DNA from: Octopus sinensis
Lineage: Eukaryota
DNA: 64,000 nt
Reading direction: 5' to 3'
Assembly (NCBI RefSeq): GCF_006345805.1
Contig: NC_043013.1
Span: 59,272,001 to 59,336,000, forward strand
The notes under the pieces were generated by a model. The model ran no database searches and was not told the origin of the DNA. It saw nothing but the letters and a program-made list of their open reading frames with translations. A program made the position numbers and the translations under genes. How positions within the stretch are numbered: position 1 is the stretch's first letter; each line of letters begins with the position of its first letter. Of this stretch, positions 13,501 to 27,505 are shown piece by piece.

Positions 13501-13615
13501 AATATACTGCAAAGTATCAAAGTATATTAAAGGCTTATAAGTCAGTACTGTAGAGATAACTTTAAAAAGTAATCAATAATATATATATATATATAGATAG
13601 ATAGATAGATAGATA

Positions 13616-14675
13616 AGTTTCTTTATTGGCCACACAGGGCTGCACACAGATGGGACAAGTTACAAGGTAGAGCTTTTCTTTTGGGGGAGAAAAAAAAAAG
13701 GTGGCGTAGGTTTTCGATCAAAAGGGATCGTAAAAGGGAAAAAAGAACAAAAAAAAAGAAAAAAAGAAAAAAGGAAAAGAAAAAAGGGAAAAAAAAAAAA
13801 AAGAAAAATGAAAAAAGAAGAAAAAAGAGGAAAAAAGGGGGAGAGGAAAAAAAAACGATCAATAGGGATCGTGTATCACAGTGTCATGATGTATGGTGTA
13901 AAGGGGAAAGCAAGTAAGGTTTATCCGTGGGAAGAAAAGCCTACGAAAAAGACCACGGTAACCTTGGTCAATATTGTTATATGTTACCACATTGGTTTGC
14001 AAGTGGGTAACCCTCTGTTTTCAATTTCTGGGTTCATAGGATTATGCTCAAGGTGGCTTCGTCATTCATACGTGCCATCCTTGCTACATTCACCCATCTT
14101 TTTTTAAAACGTTCGCAAGACAGAACTTGCCTCTCTACTCTCACTTTCCTTTTCAAGTGGTACTTGAAGAAGTTGATGAGAGTTTGACCAGAGAAGAAAG
14201 TGTTTGTCTCCAATCCTTTCAGATGCGTCCACCAGATACATTCTTTCGCCATAGCCACAAGGATGATGAAAATAGCTCTTCCTTCCCGTTTGAAGGAAGG
14301 AGGCGTGACAATATTGACGATAGACTCAGCTGATAAACCGACTCGTCCCACACATGACAGCAGTTGTTCAACATAAGCCCACAGGTCGGAAATTGTTGGA
14401 CACAGCACGAGTGCGTGCAGAACGGTTTCGTCACTCTGACCGCATCTCGGGCAGGTCGGCCTCGTGTTTCTCGAGCTGTGTCTGTAGAGCTTATCCCGAA
14501 CGGGTAGCGCTTCTCGGTAGCACTGCCAGGCCAGGGATCTCTGAAAGTTGTCCATAGGCCCTGGCCCGAAAGTCATCCCGAACAGGCAGGTCAGGTATTC
14601 CTCGTCGATGTCCAGGTTCGCCCCGAGCTCATCGTCGTACCTCCCCTCCACTAATCCCCTATAGAATGTTTTGGT
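13616..14675 (-). mobile_element. 5'-truncated Tx1/L1-clade LINE 3' end
   Basis: CPRCGQSDETVLHALVLCP zinc knuckle and downstream W-rich segment; AATAAA near the end; (ATCT)n on both sides. Confidence 0.85.
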
Positions 14676-14749
<74 letters not shown>

Positions 14750-14956
14750 TGTATGTATATAAGGAGTAAATGTAAAGATAGGCAGGTTACTCCTTAAATA
14801 CATTTAATATAAAAAATGTACATATGTTTACATATAAAAAGTTCAAACTTACACAATGAAAATGATATCAGGAATTAAATTGATTCCATCATCAGATGAT
14901 AGATTCTTTATCATTGGATAAAGATCCTTTCTGTAAACACCTCATATGTAAAATTC

Positions 14957-15048
14957 TTCCCTGAAGACAGAGGCTGGTATTATCCAATGATGGAATCAAT
15001 TTACAATCATTATTTTGGACCATCAAGCCCCCAGAAACAGCTGTTCGA
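14957..15048 (+). ncRNA. Degenerate hammerhead motif (GAAACAGCTGT family)
   Basis: TTCC-CTGAAGA..GAA-ACAGCTGT-T; flanking sequence homologous to 5820-6040. Confidence 0.3.
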
Positions 15049-15779
15049 GTTGTAAAACTCTTATTCGACCCCTTTAATTCCTATCATTTCTGTTCTGTGT
15101 AAGTTGGACGTTTTTATATGTAAACATATGTACCTTTTTTTTGTATTAAATGTATTTAATATATTTTGTATACTGACTTGCCTAACTTGCTTACCCTTAT
15201 ATTTACTGCTCAAATTTAAACCTCTTGAGCACTATGAAGTGTATTCTATAGGGAGAATATCTGTCTGATCATCATCATTTAATGTCCGCTTTCCATGCTG
15301 GCATGGGTTGGACTCATTTATGAACATATCATTATCATCATCATCATTGTTTAATGTCCACTTTCCATGCTAGCATGGGTTGGACGATTTGACTGAGGAC
15401 TGGCGAACCAGATGGTTGCACCAGGCTCCAGTCTTGATCTGGCAGAGTTTCTACTGCTGGATGCCATTCCTAACGCCAACCACTCCGAGAGTGTAGTGGG
15501 TGCTTTTACATGCCACCGGCACAAGGGCCAGTCAGGCAGTACAGGCAACGGCCATGCTTAAATGGTGTTATATATATATATATATATATATCTTATCATG
15601 TCATATATATATATATATATACATATATATACACACACACACAAACACGCATATATCTATTTCATATATATGTATGTATGTGTGTGTGTATATAATTATT
15701 TTATGTCCATTTTCCCATGCTTATACTTTCTTTGTCTTGTCTACCACTACCACAATACTTCATGCCACCCTTGAACTAG

Positions 15780-17050
15780 TAAGTTGTGTACATCTCCTAT
15801 CTGTACCCACCTAGTTACACCCCTCTGCTATCCTTATTGTTGGCCAAGTACAGTTTATTACGTGCCACTTGCTGCAACTTTTTCTACTTCCTTCATGACG
15901 TTCAGACGTTCAACCTCCCGAGATCATCCTTCTCCATTTCGTCCCATGTCTTCCTTAGTCTTCCTCTGTTTTGCGTACTTCTTCTGTTTGGATCCTTTTG
16001 CTACTAATTTACTCCCATCCATCATCCCTAAATGTATCACATATCTCTACAAGCTCAGTATTCTACACCTGATGACCCTTACCTCCCTTTTCTTTTAAAG
16101 ACTTTTTCACTGTTCACTTCCTGTGCATATTCTATGTACCGTAAATCCTCGAGTATAATCCGCATTTTCCCCCCAGAATTTAAGGGTCAAAATCACCAGT
16201 GTGTACTACATACGAGGTTAAAAGTGAAAAATATTTTCTCAGCAATGTCCGAGCCTCAATGCTTATTCCGACGCATTTTGTGATGTCAGACGCGAAAATA
16301 CATCAAGTTAAGCCTGAAAGCAATGAAGTCATAAAAGAATCATCCATAACTTGCAGTAAGCAACATTTATTAAAATAAAAGTATTCAGAACATAGAATAA
16401 CATGTAACAAACACAATTTGCAAACATTTACATTCCCATATAACAGTTAAGAATACCACCATTATTGTATTACGCATGCACGGAAGTGTTTGTTCGACTA
16501 GGTGCTGCTGGCTTAATTATGCATGACTCAGATTAGAGAAGAGGTGTGTATTATACACAAGGTTTAGGTTTTTCAGAAGCACAGCCCCCTAAAAATCTCT
16601 TGCGTATTATACTCAAGGGCAGACTATACTCGAAGATTTACGGTACTGTTCCTGCAGTTTTCGGTACTGTTTCTCATGAGTTGTGCACCAGAGCACCGTA
16701 TACAATGAGTTCATTATATAATCTCTCCACCACATCACATCAAATTACTTTCGTACCTAATTCTTTCCCTCAGCACATGTTCTGTTACTCATACATACTG
16801 GCATTACACATTCTGCTGCATACAAAGTCTGTCTTCTCTCTCAGCCTACTTGTGATCTCACTTCAACTCTTGTAGTTTACCCATTGTTTATGCTGGGTTC
16901 ACTGCACAGAATCCCTTCAGACATTTTGGGCATTGCCATCTCCTTGATGGCAATAAAGTTCTTGGTATTTGCAACACAAGCACTTGTTCTGGTACTGTTT
17001 TTCTATGTATTGTTGGCGGGGATGTTTTTTTATTTATTATTAGTGTTGCT
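15780..17050 (-). mobile_element. Highly decayed RTE-like LINE, split by a MITE
   Basis: Remnant resembling RPKKTWDEMEKDDL near 15930-15990; sequence appears continuous across the MITE. Confidence 0.5.
16139..16643. mobile_element. Tc1/mariner-superfamily MITE (Tc2/Kanga-like ends)
   Basis: TIRs ccgtaaatcctcgagtata / tatactcgaagatttacgg with TA on both sides; no ORF. Confidence 0.8.
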
Positions 17051-17120
17051 TAATATGTTTTGCTAAAATTGGTGTTTCTTTTCAGATATCATCAGAAAAA
17101 GGTAATTAAAATTCATTAAA

Positions 17121-18172
17121 ATGACAGATCTATCGGACTTTCAACGAGGTTAAATTGTTGGTGCTCGTATGGCAAGCACTAGCGTTATGAAAACACCTGA
17201 AATGTTTGATGCATCAAGAAGTACTGTCTCGAAAGTAATGACAGCCTTTGAGAAAGTGGGAAAAACCTCCTCGTTGAAACAAAATTCCGGAAGAAAACCA
17301 AAACTTTCAGATAGGGACTGTCGGACTCTTACGCAACTTGTTAGAAAGGCTCACAAGACTACAGCTCCCAAAATTACTGCAGGGATTAATGACCACCTCG
17401 AGAACCCAGTTTCCACAAAAACTGTTTGCTGGGAACTACACAAAGCCAGGTTTCACTGGAGGGCTGCAATCAGAAAACCACTACTTTCAAAAACGAACGT
17501 CGCAAAGCATTTAGAGTGGAGTAAAACCTAAAGAATTGGTCTCTAGAGCAGTGGAAGAATGATATTACCTTATTTCTGACCACCGGCCGAGTATACGTGT
17601 GGAGACAGCCAAAAGAAGCATTTGACCCAGACTGTTAAACATGGAGGGGGATTTGTGATGATTGGGGTGTGGGGCTATATCTTGGAAATCCGTCTGCCCA
17701 ATGGTTTTCCTTCATAGCAGAATTAATAGTCGAGACTATTTAAGCATTTTATCTGATCAAATTCATCCTATGGTTGTGGAACTGTTTCCGGAGGGAAACG
17801 CAATCTTTCAGGATGATAATGCACCAATTCACACCGCTGAAGTTGTTACTGAATGGCACGAGGAACATTCTGGTGAAGTTGAACATCTTATTTGGCCACC
17901 ACAGTCCCCAGATCTCATTATTATTGATCATTTATGGTGCATTTTAGAAAAACAAGTAAGGAGTTAATATCCTCCACTATCACCACTACAAGAACTGGAG
18001 GCTGTTTTAGCTGAAGAATGGACAAAAATTGCTTTGGAAACAATTCAAACTTTGTACGAGTCCATACCTTGAAGAATTCAAGCTGTGATTACACCTAAAG
18101 GTGGTCCTATCCCATATTAAAATAAATTTGTTTGAAATTTTAAGGTGCTTCTATTATTTTGTCTAACCTCTG
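17121..18172 (+). mobile_element. Decayed Tc1 transposon (transposase 17121-18120, right TIR to 18172)
   Basis: GRKPKLSDRD, KHGGG, FQDDNAPIH, WPPQSPDL; first catalytic D region deleted; stops and frameshifts; right TIR followed by TA; left TIR not seen. Confidence 0.9.
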
Positions 18173-18479
18173 TACATATATATATATAAATAATCATCGT
18201 CGGTATCATTGTTTAACGTCCATTGTCCATGCTGGCATGGGTTGGATGGTTTGAGCAAGGGCTGACAAGCTGGAATGACAGACAAACAAAAACAACGGAG
18301 CACTCCTAAAAATGTAACTGGGAGTGTGTGTGTGTGTGTATAAAGACAGATAAAGAGATTAATAAAAGAAAAGTTTATTGTCTCCAGTTCAAATTCCTTC
18401 TTCCAACGTATGACTGAGCAATGCTTGCCATTGTAAACTTTGTTATTTCAGTGAGGCATTGAAAACTGATCCGATATTA

Positions 18480-19020
18480 ACTTGATACTAATCCCAAAGT
18501 CAGGAAACCTCAACAATGAAACTAAGTACATAGGAATTTCACTGTCCAACATCTTGCCCAAAGTCATCAACCGGATGATCCTCACCAGGCACTTGATAAC
18601 CATCTGAGACCAAATCAAAATGGATTTAGACCACAACATCTCAGATGTTAGCCCTGATGTGTATCATAGGAGTTGAATCGAAACAGCTACCTGTCATTAT
18701 AAGCTTCATGGATTTCAGGGAAGCATTTGATAGCATTCATCGTTACAAAATGTTGAAGATTCTCTTGAGCATGTGACAATCCAGAAGAACTATTTCTTGC
18801 CTTTGCAAAGACCTACGAGAAGACCAGAGCACGTGTGTTGTCATCTGATGGAGAAATAGGATTGTTTCAGAATATATGTTGGAATTTCTCCGTTTATGCG
18901 AGTGAACTTGGTACACAGAAATTCTATGGAAGCCTGTCAACATGGAGAACAGAGCGAGCAACTTGGATCCCTCAATGCTCTACCAGAAGTTTGAGTATCG
19001 ATGAAACAATTCTTCAATCA
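18480..19020 (+). mobile_element. RTE-like reverse transcriptase remnant
   Basis: IPKSGNL..GISLSNILPKVINRMIL..LRPNQNGFRP and DFREAFDSIHR. Confidence 0.7.
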
Positions 19021-20891
19021 TGAAGTCAAACAAGTTACTCACTCCATTCTCCTTGTTAATGTTTATATAAATTTTAGGGATAGGAACGGATTTTTAAATA
19101 TATCATCAATGAAGCAATCCATCACTTTATAAAGTAAATTCCAAGCTTAGAACCAAACTGGAATTCATTGTCATCATCATTTAATATCTATTTGCCATTC
19201 TGGTATGTGTGGGTGCTTGATAAGCTACGTTGGTTTGTTTACATCCTCATACCTTAGGGGCTTGGTAGAAAAGACTTGTAGAATAAGTACCAGGCTAAAA
19301 AAGAAAAACATACATAAGTACTGGGGCCAGTCTGTTAAACTGAAAAGGTACTGCCCCAGCATGGCCACAGTCAAATTACTGAAACAAATAAAAAATGAAT
19401 GAAATATTTTGATACTAAACTTCAATAAAGATATTATATAAAATAAAATTTCTTTTACAAATATAATGATTTATTCTTTTCTACTCAAGGCACAAAGCCC
19501 GAAATTTTGTTGGAGGGGGCCAGTTGATTAGATTAACCTCAGTACGCAGCTGGTACTTAATTTATTGACCCCAAAAGGATGAAAGGCAAAGTCGACCTTG
19601 GCAGAATTTGAACTCAGAACGTAAAGACAGATGAAATACTGCTAAGCATTTCGCCCGGCATGCTAACGTTTCTGCTAGCTCACCGCCTTAATATAATGAT
19701 TTATTACAAAAAAATATGTTTGTTGTTGTTGTTTAGATTTGTGTTAGTTATTGTAATCGTGTATTTATTGCATGATAAAGGAACAACAACATAACACTCT
19801 GTGAGAAGCTTACAATGTATCAACAATTATATATTAATCAAAGTATTCAGTATTATAGATCCCTTACGGCCGATTTCATCAATTAGTTTTGCACTGAATA
19901 TTAGCAAACTGAATGGTTATCTAATACTTGTGCTCTTCAGAGATGGCAAGTATGGAAATGTCACATTTCCCACTTGCAGAATATTGTTTATGAAATGCCT
20001 TTTAGACTCCAAAAGACAAAAATTGCACTGATAATTTTAAAAGTCAATATTTGAAGAATTTTCTCATCTTTTTTTTTATTGCTTTTTTTTTTGTAAAAAT
20101 TGTTTTTTAAAAGATGTTTGTCCAAAATGTGAAAACACTTTTTCAGGTAAAAATACTAATTAGTTAGACATAGCATTTATCAGACATTTGATGTATGTGT
20201 ATTCATAAAATAATTTTTCCTTTTAATCCGGTCATATTAGACATGTTAGTAAATGATATTTAGTGTATTCCTTGCAGGATTCGTTTTTCTTTTACTGGAA
20301 AGTAGCAGGAAAAAAAAATAATCCAGAAAGACATTTTATTTTAAGTAGTTACTGTGTCGCTTTCATCACTTAAAACCATCAACAAATCTATTGTCTGATA
20401 AGTTCTTCAATGAGGGTAGGTCACAATTTGGATTTTAAAAAATCAATCAATATTTAATTTCGTTCATCAAAAATTTTTTTGCTCAACTTTATAATGAAGT
20501 TGTTGTTGTATTTCGGAATGTTCATTTTGCCAGTTTAGCCAATAAAAACACACGCACTATATATTTGGTGTTACTTTGCTTCAGTGTTATTTATTTTTTA
20601 CATTAAACTTAATCTTATTTCGGCCAGAGTTCTTTCGTCACATTCCTGTGACAGCATCAGTGGTCCTTTGCTTTCTTCTTTCTTATTTGTGTGTCTCTCC
20701 TTACTAACCGTCAGCCATTTTGTATTTCTATTGTATGTGTCTTCATTTGCGCATGCATATATCTCTATGTGCGTCTATGTTTAGTTAGTGTGTGTGTGGG
20801 GGGATGCCTGTAATATTTGTATCTTCTGTTTATATAAGTTTGTGTAATTTGCTTTTGTTTATTCTTATTTTGTTCATGTGTTTACATCCAC

Positions 20892-20931
<40 letters not shown>

Positions 20932-22166
20932 GTATGCTTGTATGTATGTATGTATAACAACAATACTAGTAATAATAATAATAATAATAATATTTAAAAA
21001 TTTAAAAAACATTTTTTTTTCAATTTAAAAAAAATTAAGGTTTTAATTGAATTAATCCTTTGGATAACGACATATCTGAGATCACCCCTGATTTTATGAC
21101 ACAATCTTTCTGTACTAAAGTGAACTAAATTAAAATCTTCCATCAAGATTCCATGTTAGCTTTTGCTTCAAGCAAAACAATAATGACGAAGTTGTATTTG
21201 TTTTGCAAGATTCTTGATGTGAATTTGTGTGTTGAAACAAATTTTGTTGTGTGTTGGGAGAGTGGTTACACCAATAATAATAGCAATAATAATAACAAGG
21301 GCAGACCTTACAGACCTCAGAGTGAGAGAGGAAATCACCAAGTCACTGAAAAGGTGGTGACCAGCAACGAAAGAACTCTAACAAACAGCCAATCAATTGT
21401 TTGACGAGCACATTAAACAAAAGCTTGATTAGTTAGATGGTTACATATTCAACAAAATGACTAACAAGAAAGAAGTGGAATTGACCCAGTGTATGTGTTA
21501 TTATGATTGGCATAACAACTCTTCCAAGATACAACAAAATTAAAAAAGTTATTTTGGTTAAAAGTTTTCAATATTTTCAAAAATAACCAAACCAAAGACA
21601 ATATATTTCAATAGAAATATGGTAAGAAAAGAATTGGTGAAGATTTGATCTGGTGTCTTTCCTTTTTTTTTATGAGCAAAATAAGTTTGTTTTCTTTTCA
21701 CTGTTTTTGTCAGAAGAAAGTGTTTGGCTTTATAAGCTTTGCAAGCCCTCAATGACCAGTGAACTCAATATGAATGCTCTTATCATTCGTACAATTGTAA
21801 GTTCATGTGCTGAGAATGAAATCCCAGTGAGTTGATATTCGAGCAAGGAAAAATGTATGAGTATAGATGATAGGGTGAAGTGTTAATATTAGTTAATGAA
21901 ATTATGCCATGTTTCAAGTTGTTCAGAAGATTCTTTCACTGAAAAATATTGTTCATTCAATTTTACTGCAGAACAAGTATATCGTTATGTTTAGGCTTTT
22001 TTGCCTCATTTTTTGCCTCCACTTTTCAGTTGAAAATAAACCATAGCTGCTCAACATTTTACACTCAGGCTAAAGAGTCCAACGTTGAGATTTGGTTCAG
22101 TATATAATATCTCCAAGAAAATTCCAGTAAAAAGATTAAACACACGCACACACACACAAACACTCA

Positions 22167-22199
<33 letters not shown>

Positions 22200-22357
22200 A
22201 CACACACACACACACAGAGTTATCCAGAGAAATTCATTTCATTTTCATATTGTTGAGTATTTGCTTTTTCTTTTTCCCTTTTTTTCTTCCTGAAACTTTC
22301 ATGGAATTAAAATTTAATTCCAAATGGCAGAATATTTGTTTTTACCAATTTTGATGC

Positions 22358-22446
22358 TTAAAGCTTGTTGTCTTTGGAATGGTCAGGTGGCTTATATTTT
22401 GATGGAGCAACACACGCAAACTTTTGAATAAATTCAGTAAAGGCTT
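22358..22446 (-). CDS. SLC7A9: SLC7A9-like last coding exon, 89 nt: (E)[28 protein letters not shown]
   Basis: Pyrimidine-rich acceptor tttttctatatttcag|AA, phase 1, TAA stop. Resembles the LAT-family C-terminus (TxFxQ...V.P). Confidence 0.88.
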
Positions 22447-25400
22447 CTGAAATATAGAAAAATAAGTACATAGGATGAGTATAGATGTACACTTGTATAT
22501 ATATTACACACACACACACAACACACACACACACACACACAGATTAAGTAATACTCTCTTTACACTTTTACTTGTTTCAGTCAGCTGACTGCGGCCATGC
22601 CGGAGTACCGCCTTTATAGTCGAGCAAATCGACCCCAGAGCTTATTCTTTGTAAGCCTACTAACACAGAGTGTATAGGGTGTTTTTTACGTGTCACCAGC
22701 ATCCACACCAATGCTGATACATTGGTTTTAGTATCTCATTTCTGCTGTGGTGGGTGTATCTTCTCGAGTATAGAAATGCACCACATATCCCAGTCCTCTG
22801 TCACCTCCTTTGTAAGGTTCAGCATTCTAAGATCTCACGGTGATTAAAAAACCGGTATATATAATTGAGGCAGTATTTAGTAAAAATAGCCATCTATGTA
22901 TTATACTTAAGCAAGGTCGTTGCCAGTGCCACTGGACTGGCTCCTGTGCAGGTGGCACATAAGAAGCACCATTTGAGCGTGGCCGTTGCCAGTACCGCCT
23001 GACTGGCCCTCATGCCGGTGGCACGTAAAAGCACCCACTACACTCTCAGAGTGGTTGGCGCTAGGGAGGACATTCAGCTGTAGAAACTCTGCCAGATCAG
23101 ATTGGAGTCTGGTGCAGCCATCTGGTTTGCCAGGCCTCAGTCAAAGGTGGTGGCCCAAGATGGCCACAGCCAAATGACAGAAACAAGAAAAAGAATGAGA
23201 AAAGATAGGTAAAAAAAAAGGCACACTTACCCATGCATGGCAACTGGACTTTGAAGTGGAGAAAAATGAAATAGAAGATAAGTCCTCCGATGATTAAAAG
23301 GAAGGCGTAGAGAAAACCCAAATCGGGATTTTGTACAATTGGTGCTACCACCAGATATACGGAGATGATGAGCATTACAACTGGTACAAGGATGAAAACC
23401 TTAAAAGAAGATAAAGGAGAAATTTTAAAAATTAATCTTGGTTTCATTGAAAACAAAAGGGATTAGCAGCTGAAAAATTTGATGAGAATTGTAATGCTTT
23501 ATCTTTTATCGTGTATTTGTTTTAATCATTAGACTGTGGCCATGATGGGGCACTGCCTGAGAGAACTTTAGTTCAATGATGCTGTGCTTATTTTCTTAAG
23601 CCTGGGCCTTATTCTATCAGTAAATTTTGCCAATGTTACATGGATGTAAGCACACCAACACTGGTTGTCAAGTGTATATCTTTGTGCCTCTGTTTGCCCG
23701 CCCCCCTCCACCACTGCTTGACAACTGGTGTTGGTGTTTCCATTCCCATAAGTTATCAGTTTGGAAAAAGAGATTCATAGAATAAGTATCAGGTTTCGAA
23801 AGCAAAACAGGTTCTAAGATCAATTCATTGAACTAAAAATTCTTCAAGGCAATGCCCCAGCATGGCCACGTCTAATAACAAAATCCACTTCAGAAAAAAT
23901 TAAATAGAAAGATGTCTAACATGTGTTCTGAAAATGCAATCTATAAACAGAAAAGCAACGACACGCAGAGACACAGCTTGCTTACCGTTGCTCCATCGGT
24001 TATGATGGTGAGTGTTCCAGTTGATCCAATCAATGGAAGAGGCTGCACGTGAAATTGCACGTGCAAGTGGATGAGTACACCACAGACATGTGTACCCTTA
24101 ACATAGTTCTCAGAGCGATTCAGCATAACAAAGTAATGTGACAAGGCTGGCCCCTTTGAAATACAGGTATTACTTATTTCTTGCCAGCTGAGTGGACTGG
24201 AGCAATGTGAAATAAAGGGTCTTGCTTAAGGACACATAGCGCTGCCAGGAATCGAACTTACAACCTTACGATTGTGAGCCAAATACCTTAACCACTAAAC
24301 CACGTTCCTACACAGGGACACAACATGATTTAACGATTAAGAAGTTCGATTTGTAACTATGAGGCACAGACATGGCTGTCTGGTTAAGAAACTTCTCAAC
24401 AAACGTGGTTTCAGGTTCAATCCCATTGCATGGCATTCAAGGAACATATCTTCTACTGCCAATCCAGGATGACCAAATCCTTGTGAGTTTTACCAAGTTC
24501 AATCAGAATCTGAAAGAAGCTCTTCATGTATGTATATATTTGTATGTATGTATATATTGTATGTATGTTTATATCTGTATGTATGTATATATTTGTATGT
24601 ATGTTTATATTTGTATGTATGTATATATTTGTATGTATGTATATATTTGTATGTATGTTTATATCTGTATGTATGTTTATATTTGTATGTATGTATATAT
24701 TTGTATGTATGTATATATTTGTATGTATGTTTATATCTGTATGTTTATATTTGTATGTATATATTTATATGTATGTATATATTTGTATGTATATATTTGT
24801 ATGTATGTATATATTTGTATGTATGTTTATATCTGTATGTATGTTTATATCTGTATGTATGTATATATTTGTATGTATGTATATTTGTATGTATGTATAT
24901 CAGTGCTTTTCAAACATTTTGCTGGAGCGGAACCCCAAGAAAAGATTCCACTGGCTCGAGGAACCCCTGTGCAATAATTTAATAGTCTTATGCACACATA
25001 TCTGCACAGGAGAATTAAAAATTACTGCCGATTTTAGCAGTTTTGTAACTTCTTGCGGAACCCCTGGACTGTACTGGCAGAACCCTAAGGTTCCGCGGAA
25101 CCCTGGTTGAAAACTACTGATGTATATATTTGTATGTAAGTATATATTTGTATGTATGTATATATTTGTATGTATGTGCTCAGTTCCTTCTTTACTGATC
25201 AGCAGGTATTGTCTAAATGATGCAATGCGACATTCAAAGGCTGTTTTCACTGACCTTCTGCCTCTGCCACCATCACTTCATCTCACATAAGAGGGCAACG
25301 CCTGGCGGACAGGCGTGACAAAGGTCGATAGACACCAGCAGCTTGCTGCAACCAGCCTCATAACTTCCAGTAAATGTGTTGAGTGCCTTTCTTTCGTTTA

Positions 25401-25669
25401 TCTACTCATTCGTGGGTATGTGTGTGAGTGTGTGTATATATATTTATATATATATATATAGTTCGATTTGAAAACCCCACTAGAATGGCAGAAAGCGCTA
25501 ATATATGATATATGATATAAGTTATATGATGTATAAAAACATGTAATATACAAATAAATATCTGTAAATATAAAACCATTCGAATTTCTGAGTACCTCAT
25601 TTCTTCTAATATAAAATACCTGTACATCATCTCCAAACCTAATATATTTATATATATATAAATATATAC

Positions 25670-25702
<33 letters not shown>

Positions 25703-27441
25703 TGTATGTATGTATGTATGTATGTATGTATGTATGCATGCATGTATGTATGTATGTATGTAGTATGTATGTATGTATGTATGTATGTATGTATGTGTGT
25801 ATGTATGTATGTATGTATGTATGTTGTATGTATGTATGTGTATGTATGTATGTATGTATGTATGTATGTATGTATGTATGTATGTATGTATGTATGCATG
25901 CATGTATGTATGTATGTATGCAGGTATGTATGTATGTATGTATGTATGTATGTATGTGTGTATGTATGTATGTGTGTATGTATGTATGTGTGTATGTATG
26001 TATGTATGTATGTATGTATGTATGTATGTGTGTATGTACGTATGTATGTATGTATAGGAGAGTATTGTAGATCGCTTGAAGCATTGTGTATTGTTTGTAA
26101 AGAATAAAACGTTTTGAATGGTACAACATTCAAAGTACTGGTAGTCAGTACTTTTCTGGCTTTCATGTTCCAAATATTGGCACTAGCACTGGTACTACAA
26201 AAGCATTATGAGATATGGTTTTGTTAAATGCAGACAGCTCTGAGTTTCATATTTCCCATAGTCTACAGAAGTACTCTTTTGTTATTCTGACTTTACTCAC
26301 TGCACCAATGTATGTAAATACTCTCATCGATTTCATATGCATGTGTGTGTGTGTCTCCTCGTCTCAATAACATGATATTTGTAAATGAGCATCCCTGTCA
26401 TCCAAGCAGTGTTATTTATTCCTAATGTTCCGTGGAAATATATCTGCCCATAGGGAAATATTATCTTGCTTCAAAAACAGGTGAGGATTGGTAACAAGAA
26501 ATATATCCACGTCTGCATGTGCGTGTATGTGTGTGTGTGTGTGTGTGTGTGATTGTCTACTTACCTTGAAAGGTCTGGGCTCATCTTTCTTTGTAAACCT
26601 CATTACTATAAGCGATAAGAAAGCCAGTCCATAGAAAAGCCAGGCAGTAAAACTGAAGAAATCAATTAGTGAAGATATTTCTCCTGGTATTATCATGATC
26701 AAAGCAATTATTGCCTGCAGATAAAGCAAAGAATTCAGTATTAGGACAGTTATAGTACAATGGGATGTTATAATTGTTTGGAACAGACATGGAAACAAAG
26801 GAGCTCCATCCATGACGAAGCTGTTCAATTTTGTTTCTTTTATTTCTTTTACCAGTTAATATATTTTTTCTGATACAGATTTTATTTAAAGGTCATTAGA
26901 GAGAGATTTGAGATTTGGAGGAGACATGAGGCTCCCTCATTGGTTCCAAAACAGGGCCTGGATATGGCATCACAAATTTCAGCAAACAGAACTAAAACAT
27001 GAAATACAATCATTCAATAAAACTGGGTAAGATAATTCACTAAACGCTTGCAATTTTGATAGATTTGCATGTTTGGGGAGCAAAAAGTGTACAGTATGTA
27101 CATCATATGTTACACACATACACATTCTCTCTCTCCCTATTTACATAATCAGTCGTTCATATATCTGAAAATGAGGCACATTCTAAAGCATTATAGCAGA
27201 AATATATTTTGTAAGAAGTTAAATGTTACGGGGCTGGTCATAAAGTGACCATTGGTTTCGTACCTATAAAGTGCTTAGCAGCATAGGTGACTCTGATGTA
27301 TCGCCTCTATGACCACCCATGACACTTCTTTATACATACATAAGACTTTTCTATTTCTATTCCTGAGCGCTATACTAATACATTTGTTTGTTTGTACTCC
27401 ACCTGCCTTCGTCTTTTGTTTTATTTCCCTTTATATATATA

Positions 27442-27505
<64 letters not shown>

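Noticed and set aside
17890-17940. Tc1 third catalytic position reads D (PDLIIIDHLW), suggesting DD34D
   Set aside because: The copy has stops, frameshifts and a deleted first D; a single decay mutation is more likely than a new family.
21720-21815. Possible alternative last exon after ttcattctcag
   Set aside because: Translation has no LAT-family similarity; 22358-22446 fits far better.
25398-26173. Long ORFs of HTYI/MYVC repeats (also 24372-25110, 38145-39033, 39911-41166, 9009-9629)
   Set aside because: Translations of microsatellites that lack stop codons; not proteins.
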